From NCBI GenBank assembly GCA_035710125.1, contig DASTDY010000063.1, forward strand, positions 86,446 to 150,445: a DNA stretch of 64,000 nt, read 5' to 3'. A program made the translations under genes and the position numbers. Below are positions 20,017 to 29,141 of this stretch, one piece after another. The notes beneath the pieces were generated by a model, which made no database searches, was not told the origin of the DNA, and saw only the letters and a list, made by a program, of their open reading frames with translations. This DNA comes from Candidatus Saccharimonadales bacterium. GTDB lineage: Bacteria > Patescibacteriota > Saccharimonadia > Saccharimonadales > EFPC-124. The number at the start of each line of letters is the position of its first letter. Within the stretch, counting starts at the first letter, position 1.

Positions 20017-21591
20017 TCACGGGCCTGTAAGAACCTCGCGCCATGAGAGTACGTTGTAGCTGCTGGTAACTGGCCAGTTTGGAGGTGGATTGTATAGTAA
20101 GTTGTAGTCGTACTGCGTAGTGTTGTTTAGCACGCCCGAGATTCGCTTGCCACTCACAGGATCCAGCACGTTGTCGCCACAGGCACTGTTCCAAAGCCAT
20201 GTCCAGGTCCATGATTGCCTAGTGGCTACAGATCCGTAAAACAAAAATGTTTGGTTGCTGTTTACCCAGCCGCGCGTGCAGGTGTTGACGCTACGGTACC
20301 GTGACGGAAAATTGACCGGTCCCAGCTGGGCAATGACCGCAGCATTCACCTCAAAATTAAATGCTCCAGAGGCTGGTGGTGCGTATGGCGAGATTGTCAC
20401 TGAATTTTCAGCGATTAGTCCAATTGCATCGCTGCCATCTTTGGTTGAATATACCAAGTCGTCTATAATCGAAATTTCTGTATTCTGCGACGAGCTCGCT
20501 AGACGGCCAGCTGCAATAGACACGCGGCCCTGGAATGTGGGATTGGTGCGCACCCAGACGTTGTCTTCGGCAAAAATTACGCCCGAGCTCGGAATTGCAA
20601 TATTGTTGGCAACCGATGCGTATGTAAGCGCGCTGGTGTACGGTGTGTTGCGGTCGTTTTCGCCATTTACATTGTATAGGTTGTACGTGCCGGTGGGGTT
20701 GAGCTCAATAAGGTAGCCACGGTTTGTAGTGAATGCGCCACTGGGGCTGCGCTGTGGCAAGTATGCTGCGGTGCGGGTGTTGGGAGTTTGCGAACACGCG
20801 TTAGATTGGTTGGCAATGGGTGCTGTAGAGGCATCGGCCTGGAACGCTACCTTTTTCATGCTGCACAGGCTACTGCTCACAATATTAAAATCAATCGATG
20901 GCACAGGATAGCGCCAGTCAGATTTATTGCGCGTGTTGCAGTTGACTGGTGTTGTGACGCTTGGGTGACACCACACGCCAGGCTTGCTCGTTCCGTCACC
21001 ACCGAGACTAACTGGCGGTATATATGTGGCATTGGTGCTGGTGACATCGGTAGTGTTCGCACCGTCCATGCGGACACCTTGGTTCGAATGCACTGGGCCG
21101 TTTGCGGTCTCGGTGTTACCAAACCACAACGCCGTATCAGACACCACGGCGTAGCTGGCAAAAGACGGAGCGCCAATTTGGGCATCGATTGTGCGCGTTG
21201 TGTTTGTGTTTGCCACTTGCCCAATTGACCTAATCTTTACCAATGACGATCCGCTGCCTTGGGGATTGATCCATAGCGTAAAAGTGCCTTGGGTTTTGGC
21301 GTTGTCGTCTACGTAGCTGTGGGTGTACGGCCCGTATCCAAGCACAGGGTCTGGCGTGGCTGGTGTGGTTTTGCCGTCTTTATAGTCGGTGCCGTTGTGG
21401 CTAAGGTGCCACAGGTAGTAATTTATTCCCGCTTCGGCAATATTTAGGGCCTTCTGGCTTTGGATATTCGTATTTACAAGCACAATATTGCTGCCAATAA
21501 GTTCGGTTACGGCCGCAAAAATTATAGTAATCACAACCATAAATCCCAGCACACTAGGAAGCACAAAACCATAGGAGTGTTTAGTTGTCAT
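20017..21591 (-). CDS. large PilX-like minor pilin / tip-associated protein
   Basis: 524 aa; N-terminal hydrophobic helix GFVLPSVLGFMVVITIIFAAV (PilX_N-like) followed by a large Asn/Thr/Ser-rich beta-type domain. Confidence 0.6.
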   Translation of the reverse strand: MTTKHSYGFVLPSVLGFMVVITIIFAAVTELIGSNIVLVNTNIQSQKALNIAEAGINYYLWHLSHNGTDYKDGKTTPATPDPVLGYGPYTHSYVDDNAKTQGTFTLWINPQGSGSSLVKIRSIGQVANTNTTRTIDAQIGAPSFASYAVVSDTALWFGNTETANGPVHSNQGVRMDGANTTDVTSTNATYIPPVSLGGDGTSKPGVWCHPSVTTPVNCNTRNKSDWRYPVPSIDFNIVSSSLCSMKKVAFQADASTAPIANQSNACSQTPNTRTAAYLPQRSPSGAFTTNRGYLIELNPTGTYNLYNVNGENDRNTPYTSALTYASVANNIAIPSSGVIFAEDNVWVRTNPTFQGRVSIAAGRLASSSQNTEISIIDDLVYSTKDGSDAIGLIAENSVTISPYAPPASGAFNFEVNAAVIAQLGPVNFPSRYRSVNTCTRGWVNSNQTFLFYGSVATRQSWTWTWLWNSACGDNVLDPVSGKRISGVLNNTTQYDYNLLYNPPPNWPVTSSYNVLSWREVLTGP

Positions 21592-22181
21592 AAATTGGTC
21601 TTTCTGTTTCGTAAACTTACTTCTACGGTTATGGTGTCGTTGCCAGAAATGCTTGGGATTGTAACTGGTACAGCCAGGTTTACGCGCATGCCTTTAATGG
21701 TGTGAAGGTCGGCAATGGGCAGGTTGAGTTTATTGCCTGCTGCGTCTAGATATTCAAAAGTATTTACGTTTGGGTTTGAGTAGAAGTTTTCTATTATGGT
21801 GACGGTGCGCTTTTGCGCATCCAATAAAGTACCGTTAGGCGGGTTAGCCGACATAGGTGTTACATCTGCCAGCAGCTTGGTGCCGGCAACGTTTTTATAG
21901 TAGCGGATTAGCGACACGTAAGCGTCGTTAGGTGCAAAATAAGCATATACGGTGGTTTCGGTATTTTGGGCTTGGGTTATATCGGTCGCGCCGCGCAAAA
22001 CCTTGGCGATCCGGTGCGACTGCATAGAGAGTTGGCTAAAAGTAAGGCCTTCTTGTTCGAGTGTAAAAAATTGTTTAAGCGTGGTGTTAAAAAACGGGTA
22101 AGCTACCACAATAAGAATGCCAAGGATAGCGAGTCCTATTACAAATTCAGCAAGCGAGAATCCGGAGCTATGGCGTAACAT
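21588..22181 (-). CDS. minor pilin (prepilin-type N-terminal motif)
   Basis: SSG|FSLAEFVIGLAILGILIV; 4-nt overlap with the downstream gene. Confidence 0.7.
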   Translation of the reverse strand: MLRHSSGFSLAEFVIGLAILGILIVVAYPFFNTTLKQFFTLEQEGLTFSQLSMQSHRIAKVLRGATDITQAQNTETTVYAYFAPNDAYVSLIRYYKNVAGTKLLADVTPMSANPPNGTLLDAQKRTVTIIENFYSNPNVNTFEYLDAAGNKLNLPIADLHTIKGMRVNLAVPVTIPSISGNDTITVEVSLRNRKTNL

Positions 22182-23736
22182 TTATACCCCCCAGCGGTGA
22201 GGTCGGTAGGTTGAGTGTGTTGCCGCCACTTATGACTTGCAATTGTAGGGCGCCATTTGTTGCGGCCGATAAATCGGCAGTGCAATTGATTTCATCGCCC
22301 GTTCCACTGCCGGTGCAAGAACTTGGGAACGTGGTAGCGCCTTGAATAAGGTTCACTGTTGTCGCACAGCTGGCCGGCGAACCGCTGCAAGGCAGGTTGC
22401 GGCCGGTAAGCGTGAATTGGAACGAACTCAGCCCAGATGCAACGCTTGCGGTGTCGGGTTGAACACTAAAAACCCGCGGGAAGTTGGGGTTAGAGGTGAG
22501 CATAAGACGCACCTTTTGGTAATAGTTAACTCCTCCAAAGGGATAGGTTGTTGCTGGCGGCGATGCCGATTGCCATGTGGGCACAGTAATAGGGTTGAGA
22601 GAATTGCTGCCACCGTACGGCAAAGCCGCTGCTAGGTAATAGGTGGTGCTGCCAATCCTGCATCCGGTAGATCCCAAATCGCCGCAAAAAATGTAATTAC
22701 CAGGCACTAGGCTGCTTATGCCAACCTGGCCGCCCGCGTCTGTTGTGGGCCTGGTATCTGGCGACATGTTGTCGTAATAATAAGATGTATCACTGGTGCT
22801 TGTGTAGCGTTTATACCCACCTTTTATATATATCTGTGCGCCTCCGAGTGGCGCGCCGTTGGTGTCGGTTGTTTCAACGAGCAGGCTGTCGTTACCTTGC
22901 GGCTTTATAGTAAGCGTGACAGACGATGACTGCTGCGTAATGATTTGCTGGCTCGGATACGTAGGCTGCTGCGAGCCAGACGGTGCAATGGTAGTAAGGC
23001 TAGAGTAGTTGGCTTTAGACGCCGTAATTATATAGCTGTAGCCAGTTGTGTCTGGGGGGAGGCCGTAAAAAATGGCCACGCCGTTGCTATCGCTGGTGTC
23101 AGAAGCATTTATGTTTGGAGTAATTGTGGTGTTAGCGACCTGCACAGTAGCGCCCGAAACGGGCGTGCCGGTATCGTCTATAATAGTGACGAACAGCGCA
23201 CCTGTAGTGCTTGCAGTTTCGGCAACCCGGGCCGAAATTTGCGTATCTACCTCGGCAAGCAGGTAGTCGGTGGGCGCGTACACAGATACATGGACAATTT
23301 TGTAGTCGGCGGGGTTGGTGTCTACCGCCGGAGCGCCACTGGGCGATGGTAAATTGCGGCAATATAAGTTTTTGAGCTCGGGCGTGGGGTACGTTGCGCA
23401 GCCGTCATACGCGTCGTCTACGTAGTTAATGCTTGTTTTTATTGTATACACAACTCCGTTATACGTTTTTGTGGTTGTGCCTGGGAGGGGGTTCGCGCTA
23501 TAAATGCTGCCTCCTGCGATTGCGAGGCTGTCGTAGGGGAGTGACTTTAAATACTCCATTTGGTTTGTGGCAAGGGTAGAGGCGATAGCCTTGCGCTTGG
23601 TCACGGCAGCGCTATGCGCTAAGGTTGTGAACATGCTTAATACGCCTAGCGCTACAATCGCCAGGACAGTCATGCTAATAACAAGCTCTACAAGAGTATA
23701 TCCTGATGCCTTTTTGTGGGTGCCCACGGTATCCAC
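22168..23736 (-). CDS. large minor pilin (prepilin-type N-terminal motif)
   Basis: ASG|YTLVELVISMTVLAIV; 522 aa with Thr/Ser/Gly-rich beta domains. Confidence 0.7.
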   Translation of the reverse strand: MDTVGTHKKASGYTLVELVISMTVLAIVALGVLSMFTTLAHSAAVTKRKAIASTLATNQMEYLKSLPYDSLAIAGGSIYSANPLPGTTTKTYNGVVYTIKTSINYVDDAYDGCATYPTPELKNLYCRNLPSPSGAPAVDTNPADYKIVHVSVYAPTDYLLAEVDTQISARVAETASTTGALFVTIIDDTGTPVSGATVQVANTTITPNINASDTSDSNGVAIFYGLPPDTTGYSYIITASKANYSSLTTIAPSGSQQPTYPSQQIITQQSSSVTLTIKPQGNDSLLVETTDTNGAPLGGAQIYIKGGYKRYTSTSDTSYYYDNMSPDTRPTTDAGGQVGISSLVPGNYIFCGDLGSTGCRIGSTTYYLAAALPYGGSNSLNPITVPTWQSASPPATTYPFGGVNYYQKVRLMLTSNPNFPRVFSVQPDTASVASGLSSFQFTLTGRNLPCSGSPASCATTVNLIQGATTFPSSCTGSGTGDEINCTADLSAATNGALQLQVISGGNTLNLPTSPLGGINVTP

Positions 23737-23790
23737 ACGATCTTGGTTATATCTTTAAGCATAAGGGTTTAGGCGCGCATAATCAACCAA

Positions 23791-23819
23791 GCAGCCTCCC
23801 GCATCAATGGGGAGGCTGC
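23791..23819 (-). terminator. hairpin after pilA (likely attenuating terminator before the minor pilins)
   Basis: GCAGCCTCCC/GGGAGGCTGC perfect 10-bp stem; T-rich sequence follows on the minus strand. Confidence 0.55.
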
Positions 23820-23839
23820 ATTTGTAGGACAAGCGTAAA

Positions 23840-24292
23840 TTAGTTGAGGCTGTCTTTAGTTTGGTTGCTGTTGTCGTCTTCGCGTATCCAGTTTAGTTTA
23901 AACTTGGCGCAAGGAGCGGTAGAGCATGCAGTTGTGCCATCGCTGGCAAAGGTGGTGTAGCCATAGTGGGTAGCATCGGCAGTTGCGGCCATTGAGTTTG
24001 CTGACGCGCCAGGAGTGCGGAGCGAGTTAAGGTCGATGCCTTTTAGGTTGTCTTTAGCCCATGTGTCGCTGGCAAGTTCGCCGGTCAAAACCGGATAGCC
24101 ACCATTGTCGTTGTAATATACTTCGAGCTGGGTCGCTATTGAGTTAATGTCTGTCTGGCGCTCGGTGTCCCGCGCGCGCCTTTGCACGCCGCTGAATGTG
24201 TTTAATACTAGAGCCGCCAAGATACCGATTACCACAATCACGATCAATAGTTCGACGATTGTGAAACCTTTTTGTGAGTATTTTTTGAGCAT
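23840..24292 (-). CDS. pilA: major type IV pilin
   Basis: MLKKYSQKG|FTIVELLIVIVVIGILAALVL; 150 aa; own promoter and hairpin. Confidence 0.85.
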   Translation of the reverse strand: MLKKYSQKGFTIVELLIVIVVIGILAALVLNTFSGVQRRARDTERQTDINSIATQLEVYYNDNGGYPVLTGELASDTWAKDNLKGIDLNSLRTPGASANSMAATADATHYGYTTFASDGTTACSTAPCAKFKLNWIREDDNSNQTKDSLN

Positions 24293-24352
24293 CTAATGCC
24301 CCCCTTTTAGTTTATTCTAGCCGCGTAAGCTGTACACCGCGTCTTGAGCTTA

Positions 24353-24380
24353 AGTATAGCCATAAGAATTATCACGTCAA
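24353..24380 (-). promoter_or_regulatory. sigma70-like promoter of pilA
   Basis: On the minus strand TTGACG-N16-TATACT, followed by a leader and AAAAGGGGGG before the ATG. Confidence 0.5.
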
Positions 24381-24387
24381 TGGGTAT

Positions 24388-25605
24388 TTAGCCCTTCACA
24401 TTTGTAGAAAGGCTAGAAATCGGCCCCATCACGCTTGCGGCAATCAACCCCACCATACTGCCCATAATCACGATCATTACTGGCTCTAAAATCGAGCTTA
24501 GGCTACCAATGAGAGTGTCTACCTCTTCTTCGTAAAATTCCGCAACTTTTATAAGAACGGTGTCGGTTTGGCCGGTTTCTTCGCCAACAGCGAGCATTTG
24601 GGGTACGATTTGTGGAAACAATTTGCTCTGGCCCAAAATATCAGATAACTGCTTGCCGTTTTTAACAGATTCGGCGGCTTTGTCTAGCTCTTCTTTGTAA
24701 AGCACATTGCCAACTGCGCCGCCGCTTACGTGTAAGGCCTCTATAACACTTACTCCTGCACCCAAGAGCGATGCGAACGTGCGCGAAAATCTTGCAACGG
24801 CCAACTTGCTAATAATGGTGCCTACTGCCGGAGTTTTAAGCAAAATATAGCTAAAGGTTCGTTTACCTGCCGGTGTTTTTACCCATCGTCTAAACAGGTA
24901 AACCGCCAAAACCACTGCGCCAATCAAAATGTACCACTGGTTGGTCAAAAAGCTGCTTATGGCAAGCATAACTTGGGTAATCATAGGTAGCTCGGCGTCT
25001 GGGCCGCCTAAATCTTTTACAATCTGCCCAATGCGAGGCACAATAAAAACCATTAGCCCTATAAAGGCAGCCAAGGTAATGGTAAGAAGCACTACAGGGT
25101 AAGTCATGGCGCCTTTTACTTTTTTACGGATAAGGTCGCTTTTTTCTTGCTGGAGCGCCAACCTTTTTAAGATGTCGTCTAAAATGCCACCTGCCTCACC
25201 GGCCCGTACCATGTTTACATAGATATCGCTAAATACTTCGGGGTGTTTGCCAAAAGCGTCGCCAAGGGCCATGCCTCCTTGCACATCTTTGTTTACCGTG
25301 GCCAACACTTGGCTAAGACGTTTGCTTTCGGACTGCTGCTGCAGAGTGGTAAGCGCCCGTAGAAGCGGCACGCCGGCACTTACCATTGTGCTTAGTTGGC
25401 GCGTAAATACTACCAAATCTTTGGATCTTACTTTGGATTGGAACAGGTTGAAGGTGCGCGCTTTAGCGTTTTCTTCTTTAAGGCCAATAAGCCGCAGGCC
25501 TTGCTTAGCAAGAGCGGCTGTCGCGGCTGCCCGGTTGGCGGCCTCAACAGTGCCTGTGCTGCGTTTGTTGTGCGCTGTGATTGCAATGTAGCTGAATTTT
25601 GGCAT
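24388..25605 (-). CDS. pilC: type IV pilus platform protein PilC (GspF family)
   Basis: 405 aa; duplicated T2SSF domains with three TM segments. Confidence 0.9.
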   Translation of the reverse strand: MPKFSYIAITAHNKRSTGTVEAANRAAATAALAKQGLRLIGLKEENAKARTFNLFQSKVRSKDLVVFTRQLSTMVSAGVPLLRALTTLQQQSESKRLSQVLATVNKDVQGGMALGDAFGKHPEVFSDIYVNMVRAGEAGGILDDILKRLALQQEKSDLIRKKVKGAMTYPVVLLTITLAAFIGLMVFIVPRIGQIVKDLGGPDAELPMITQVMLAISSFLTNQWYILIGAVVLAVYLFRRWVKTPAGKRTFSYILLKTPAVGTIISKLAVARFSRTFASLLGAGVSVIEALHVSGGAVGNVLYKEELDKAAESVKNGKQLSDILGQSKLFPQIVPQMLAVGEETGQTDTVLIKVAEFYEEEVDTLIGSLSSILEPVMIVIMGSMVGLIAASVMGPISSLSTNVKG

Positions 25606-25607
25606 GG

Positions 25608-27398
25608 TTATTCGCGTGTGACCCGAAGGATTTCTTCTATGCTTGTTTGGCCGCGGAGTGCCTTTATTAGGCCGTCCATTTGCATGGTGACCATGCCATC
25701 TTGTATGGCTTGGTCTTGGATTATATTGCTGGTGGCGTTGCTAGTTATGAGTTTTTGCATTTCTGGACTGTTACTTAGTACCTCGTAAATGCCCATGCGT
25801 CCCTTGTAGCCAGAGTGCCCGCAGTTGTCGCAGCCTTTGAGGTTGGGCTTCCAGAGCTGGGCGATCGACGAGCCTTTTATGGCCGGTTCTTTACCGATGT
25901 CTTCGCCAATACCACCCGAGATTGCCTGCGATTCGAGTTCTGCAATGCGGTCGAGGTTATCTTTGGCTTTTAAATTAAACATGTTTAAAATAACTGATAC
26001 TTCGCTGGCATCGGGCTTGTATTGCTGTTTGCACTTGGCACAAAGGCGGCGGACCAACCGCTGGCCAACTACGGCTCGCACAGTGCTGGCTATAAGGAAT
26101 GGTTCGATCTTCATATCGAGCAAGCGTGGTAAACAAGTTGCAGCATTGTTGGTGTGCAAAGTGCTAAAAACCAAGTGGCCTGTCAGTGCGGCTTGCACGG
26201 CAAGGTCGGCGGTTTCGCTGTCGCGGATCTCGCCCACCATAATAATATTGGGGTCTTGGCGCAACAACGCCCGTAACCCTCCAGAGAATGTCATGCCGGC
26301 CTTTGGGTTGACTTGGGTTTGGTTGGTGCCAGGAATGCGGTATTCTACGGGGTCTTCAACTGTAGAAATATTAACCGTAGGCGAATTAAGCAAACTCAAA
26401 ATACTATACAAACTTGTTGACTTACCCGAGCCGGTTGGGCCGGTCACTAAAACCATGCCGTGCGGTTGGATAATTGTTGATTTTATTGTGTCGAGGCTGC
26501 TACCCCAGTAACCAAGTTGCTCTAGGGTGAGTGCTTTATTGGACTCATCGAGCACGCGCATAACAACCTTTTCGCCGTCGCTAATAGGCAGCGTAGATAC
26601 GCGCAGTGCATACAATTTGCCGCCAACCGACACTTTAAACCGGCCGTCCTGCGGAACGCGGCGCTCGTCTATTTTTAGGTTGCTTAAAATTTTAATGCGC
26701 GATACCAATGCAGCCAACACGTTACGGGGAAGTTTGTTGGCCTCACGCAAGATTCCGTCTATGCGGTAGCGTACTTGTACGTAATCTTCGCGTGGTTCAA
26801 TGTGCACGTCTGATGCGCCAGCGCGGATGGCGTATTCAAGTAGCAGGTTAACGGTTTGGGCGATGGGTGAGTTTTCGGCTACGTCTTCTTCGCTGACAGT
26901 TTCTTCTTTTTGTACTTCTTTTTGTACTTCTACGTCTATAACTTTGCCAAGTTCGGTGCTAATGCCCTCGCGGTATTGGTCGAGTGCCGCCAAAATATTG
27001 TCTTTTGTGGCAATGTAGAGCGCTAAATTCGCGCCAATGTATTTTTGCAAAAAATCTACAGCCTGTACGTCGTCGGGGTCTTCCATGGCCACTTGCTTAA
27101 TGCCGTCGGTGCTTACATCGAACAGTACTGCGTTGTATTGGCGGGCAACGCGTTCTGGCAACAGGTTGATGTTTTTCTTAGAGATTGTTTTAGGGTCGAG
27201 TTCTATAAAAGGGATACCAATTTCTTCGGCGTATAGTTTGGTCAGGTCTTTTTCTGTGATGGTTTCACTTTTTAGTACGAGGTCTTGTAGGGGTTTGCCG
27301 GTGCGCTTTTCTTCGGCGCGTAGCTTATCTAGGTCGGCAGGTTTTAGCTTGCCGGCCTTTTGCAAAAGCCTCCCTAGTGTCGCATCTGATACGCGCAT
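25608..27398 (-). CDS. pilB: type IV pilus assembly ATPase PilB (GspE family)
   Basis: 596 aa; GPTGSGKST Walker A, the IMVGEIRD Asp box, and CxxC...CxxC (CAKC, CDNC). Confidence 0.95.
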   Translation of the reverse strand: MRVSDATLGRLLQKAGKLKPADLDKLRAEEKRTGKPLQDLVLKSETITEKDLTKLYAEEIGIPFIELDPKTISKKNINLLPERVARQYNAVLFDVSTDGIKQVAMEDPDDVQAVDFLQKYIGANLALYIATKDNILAALDQYREGISTELGKVIDVEVQKEVQKEETVSEEDVAENSPIAQTVNLLLEYAIRAGASDVHIEPREDYVQVRYRIDGILREANKLPRNVLAALVSRIKILSNLKIDERRVPQDGRFKVSVGGKLYALRVSTLPISDGEKVVMRVLDESNKALTLEQLGYWGSSLDTIKSTIIQPHGMVLVTGPTGSGKSTSLYSILSLLNSPTVNISTVEDPVEYRIPGTNQTQVNPKAGMTFSGGLRALLRQDPNIIMVGEIRDSETADLAVQAALTGHLVFSTLHTNNAATCLPRLLDMKIEPFLIASTVRAVVGQRLVRRLCAKCKQQYKPDASEVSVILNMFNLKAKDNLDRIAELESQAISGGIGEDIGKEPAIKGSSIAQLWKPNLKGCDNCGHSGYKGRMGIYEVLSNSPEMQKLITSNATSNIIQDQAIQDGMVTMQMDGLIKALRGQTSIEEILRVTRE

Positions 27399-27428
27399 AA
27401 TTACCTTTTATTGTAGCGAATTACGCTT

Positions 27429-27980
27429 ATGATTACCATTTTAGAAACGCAAAAACACTGGTGCCACCGCACATCACCCCTTATAATAAAGCGCGTGACA
27501 TTTACATACTTGTGCAGCACCGCAAATGATACGCAAAACCTTGCCGCAACTTTAGGCAAGGCGGTTAAAAGCGGTGACGTAATTGCGTTTTTTAGCGATT
27601 TAGGCGGTGGTAAGACCACCTTTGTTAAAGGATTGGCGCGAGGTATGGATGTGACAGACGTTGTGCAAAGCCCTACATTTACCATTAGCCAAATCCACCA
27701 AGCAGGGCGCGGCCTTGAACTCCACCATTTTGATTTTTACCGTTTGGGCGAGGCAGGAATTATGTCGGCCGAACTTGCCGAGTCCCTTGCGCAGCCGAAC
27801 GCTGTGGTGGCGATTGAATGGGGCGACATAATGCGCAGCGTCATGCCAAAACAATATATCCATATGACACTCCGCACCCAAGATAACGAGGCCAGGCTTA
27901 TAATTATTGAATGCCCACAGCAGGCCACTCACATTATTAAAGCGTTGCAAAATTACCAGCAAAATAGGACAGGGCAATGA
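27429..27980 (+). CDS. tsaE: tRNA t6A biosynthesis ATPase TsaE
   Basis: FFSDLGGGKTTFVKGLARGM, SPTFTI, HFDFYRL. Confidence 0.85.
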   Translation: MITILETQKHWCHRTSPLIIKRVTFTYLCSTANDTQNLAATLGKAVKSGDVIAFFSDLGGGKTTFVKGLARGMDVTDVVQSPTFTISQIHQAGRGLELHHFDFYRLGEAGIMSAELAESLAQPNAVVAIEWGDIMRSVMPKQYIHMTLRTQDNEARLIIIECPQQATHIIKALQNYQQNRTGQ

Positions 27981-28369
27981 TTATAACCTTAAAAACAGAT
28001 AACCCAGTTGCCGAAATCGGCCTTTACAGCCCGTCTGGCGAGCAGATGTCGCACGTAACCTGGCAGGCTGACCGGCAGCTAGCTAACGATTTGCTTGCCA
28101 AGATCCACGAACAACTTTTAGTGCAAAAAGCAGACTGGCCTGACGTTACAGGGGTAGTTGTGTTTGAAGGCCCGGGATCTTTTACTGGCCTACGCATTGG
28201 ATTAACAGTTGCAAACTCTATTGCGTATGCGCAGTCCGTGCCAATTGTTGGCGCGCAAGGCGAGGACTGGGTAAAAAGTGGCCTGGCTTTGCTTATAAGC
28301 GGCAAAAATGATACGCAAGTACTCCCGCATTACGGTGCCGAGGCACACATAACCCTACCTAAGAAGTAG
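27977..28369 (+). CDS. tsaB: TsaB-like protein (short, N-terminal ASKHA half only)
   Basis: GPGSFTGLRIGLTVANSIAY; 130 aa; 4-nt overlap with tsaE. Confidence 0.7.
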   Translation: MIITLKTDNPVAEIGLYSPSGEQMSHVTWQADRQLANDLLAKIHEQLLVQKADWPDVTGVVVFEGPGSFTGLRIGLTVANSIAYAQSVPIVGAQGEDWVKSGLALLISGKNDTQVLPHYGAEAHITLPKK

Positions 28370-28381
28370 GCAAGTGACTCG

Positions 28382-28419
28382 CATGCGCCCTACAATCGCC
28401 GTTGACTGCAGGGCGCATG
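28382..28419. terminator. perfect 10-bp GC-rich hairpin between convergent tsaB and cassette C
   Basis: CATGCGCCCT...AGGGCGCATG. Confidence 0.45.
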
Positions 28420-28437
28420 GTTAGAGGGGGTAGTGGA

Positions 28438-28881
28438 CTAGGCCGCGATCTTGTTCAGCTCGGTGTTGATGACGTCGGCCATATCTTCGGCTTCTTTGGC
28501 GACACGGTTTACGAACGGTCGTTTGTTGGCCGAGTTCATGAAGTTCACGCCCCAGCTATCCACAGCCAGAATGAGCGAGCGATAGTTTGCCTCTCGGTCA
28601 ATCAGCAGTGGACGACAAGGGTCGATTTTGTCGGCCAGCAGATAGCCGTAGGTTCCGTCCATCGTGATGATACGTGCCCGTTCTCGCAGTTTCCTCTCTA
28701 CGTGAAAAGGAATCCACTCAACCGCGAACCGTTTGAAGGGTCCGCTGGTGAGGTTGGTGAACTTGTTGAACGTGTCGATGATCTGCCGGCCCGTTACCGG
28801 ATTGCAGATCTCTTCCCCTGTGGTGGGGTTAAAGCACCGCCATGCAGTTAAGCACACCTGTGAAACGTTAGATGCCCTCAA
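28438..28881 (-). CDS. hypothetical protein, GC-rich cassette C
   Basis: 147 aa. TTG start preceded by GGAGGA (4-nt spacer) and a TGgTATAAA extended -10 in the AT-rich flank. No family recognised. Confidence 0.6.
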   Translation of the reverse strand: MRASNVSQVCLTAWRCFNPTTGEEICNPVTGRQIIDTFNKFTNLTSGPFKRFAVEWIPFHVERKLRERARIITMDGTYGYLLADKIDPCRPLLIDREANYRSLILAVDSWGVNFMNSANKRPFVNRVAKEAEDMADVINTELNKIAA

Positions 28882-29141
28882 AATTCCTCCAACAGTGGCT
28901 TTTTCTTATGCCTGTTAATTTATACCACACCTCACAAAATAAAAGTGGCAAAAGTTGACGTAGTAAAAGCTACAGTCGTACAATAAAGCTAGGTTTTCTG
29001 ATTTGATAACCAACTGACCGCTTTCAAAAATTTACTAAAGTTTTCATTTTTAGGATCAGATTGCGCCCGGTGAGTCCGCCGTGGCCTATAAAAGCTACGC
29101 ACTTTTCGGACGATATCTGCGCTTAAGCAGAAAGGACAAAC

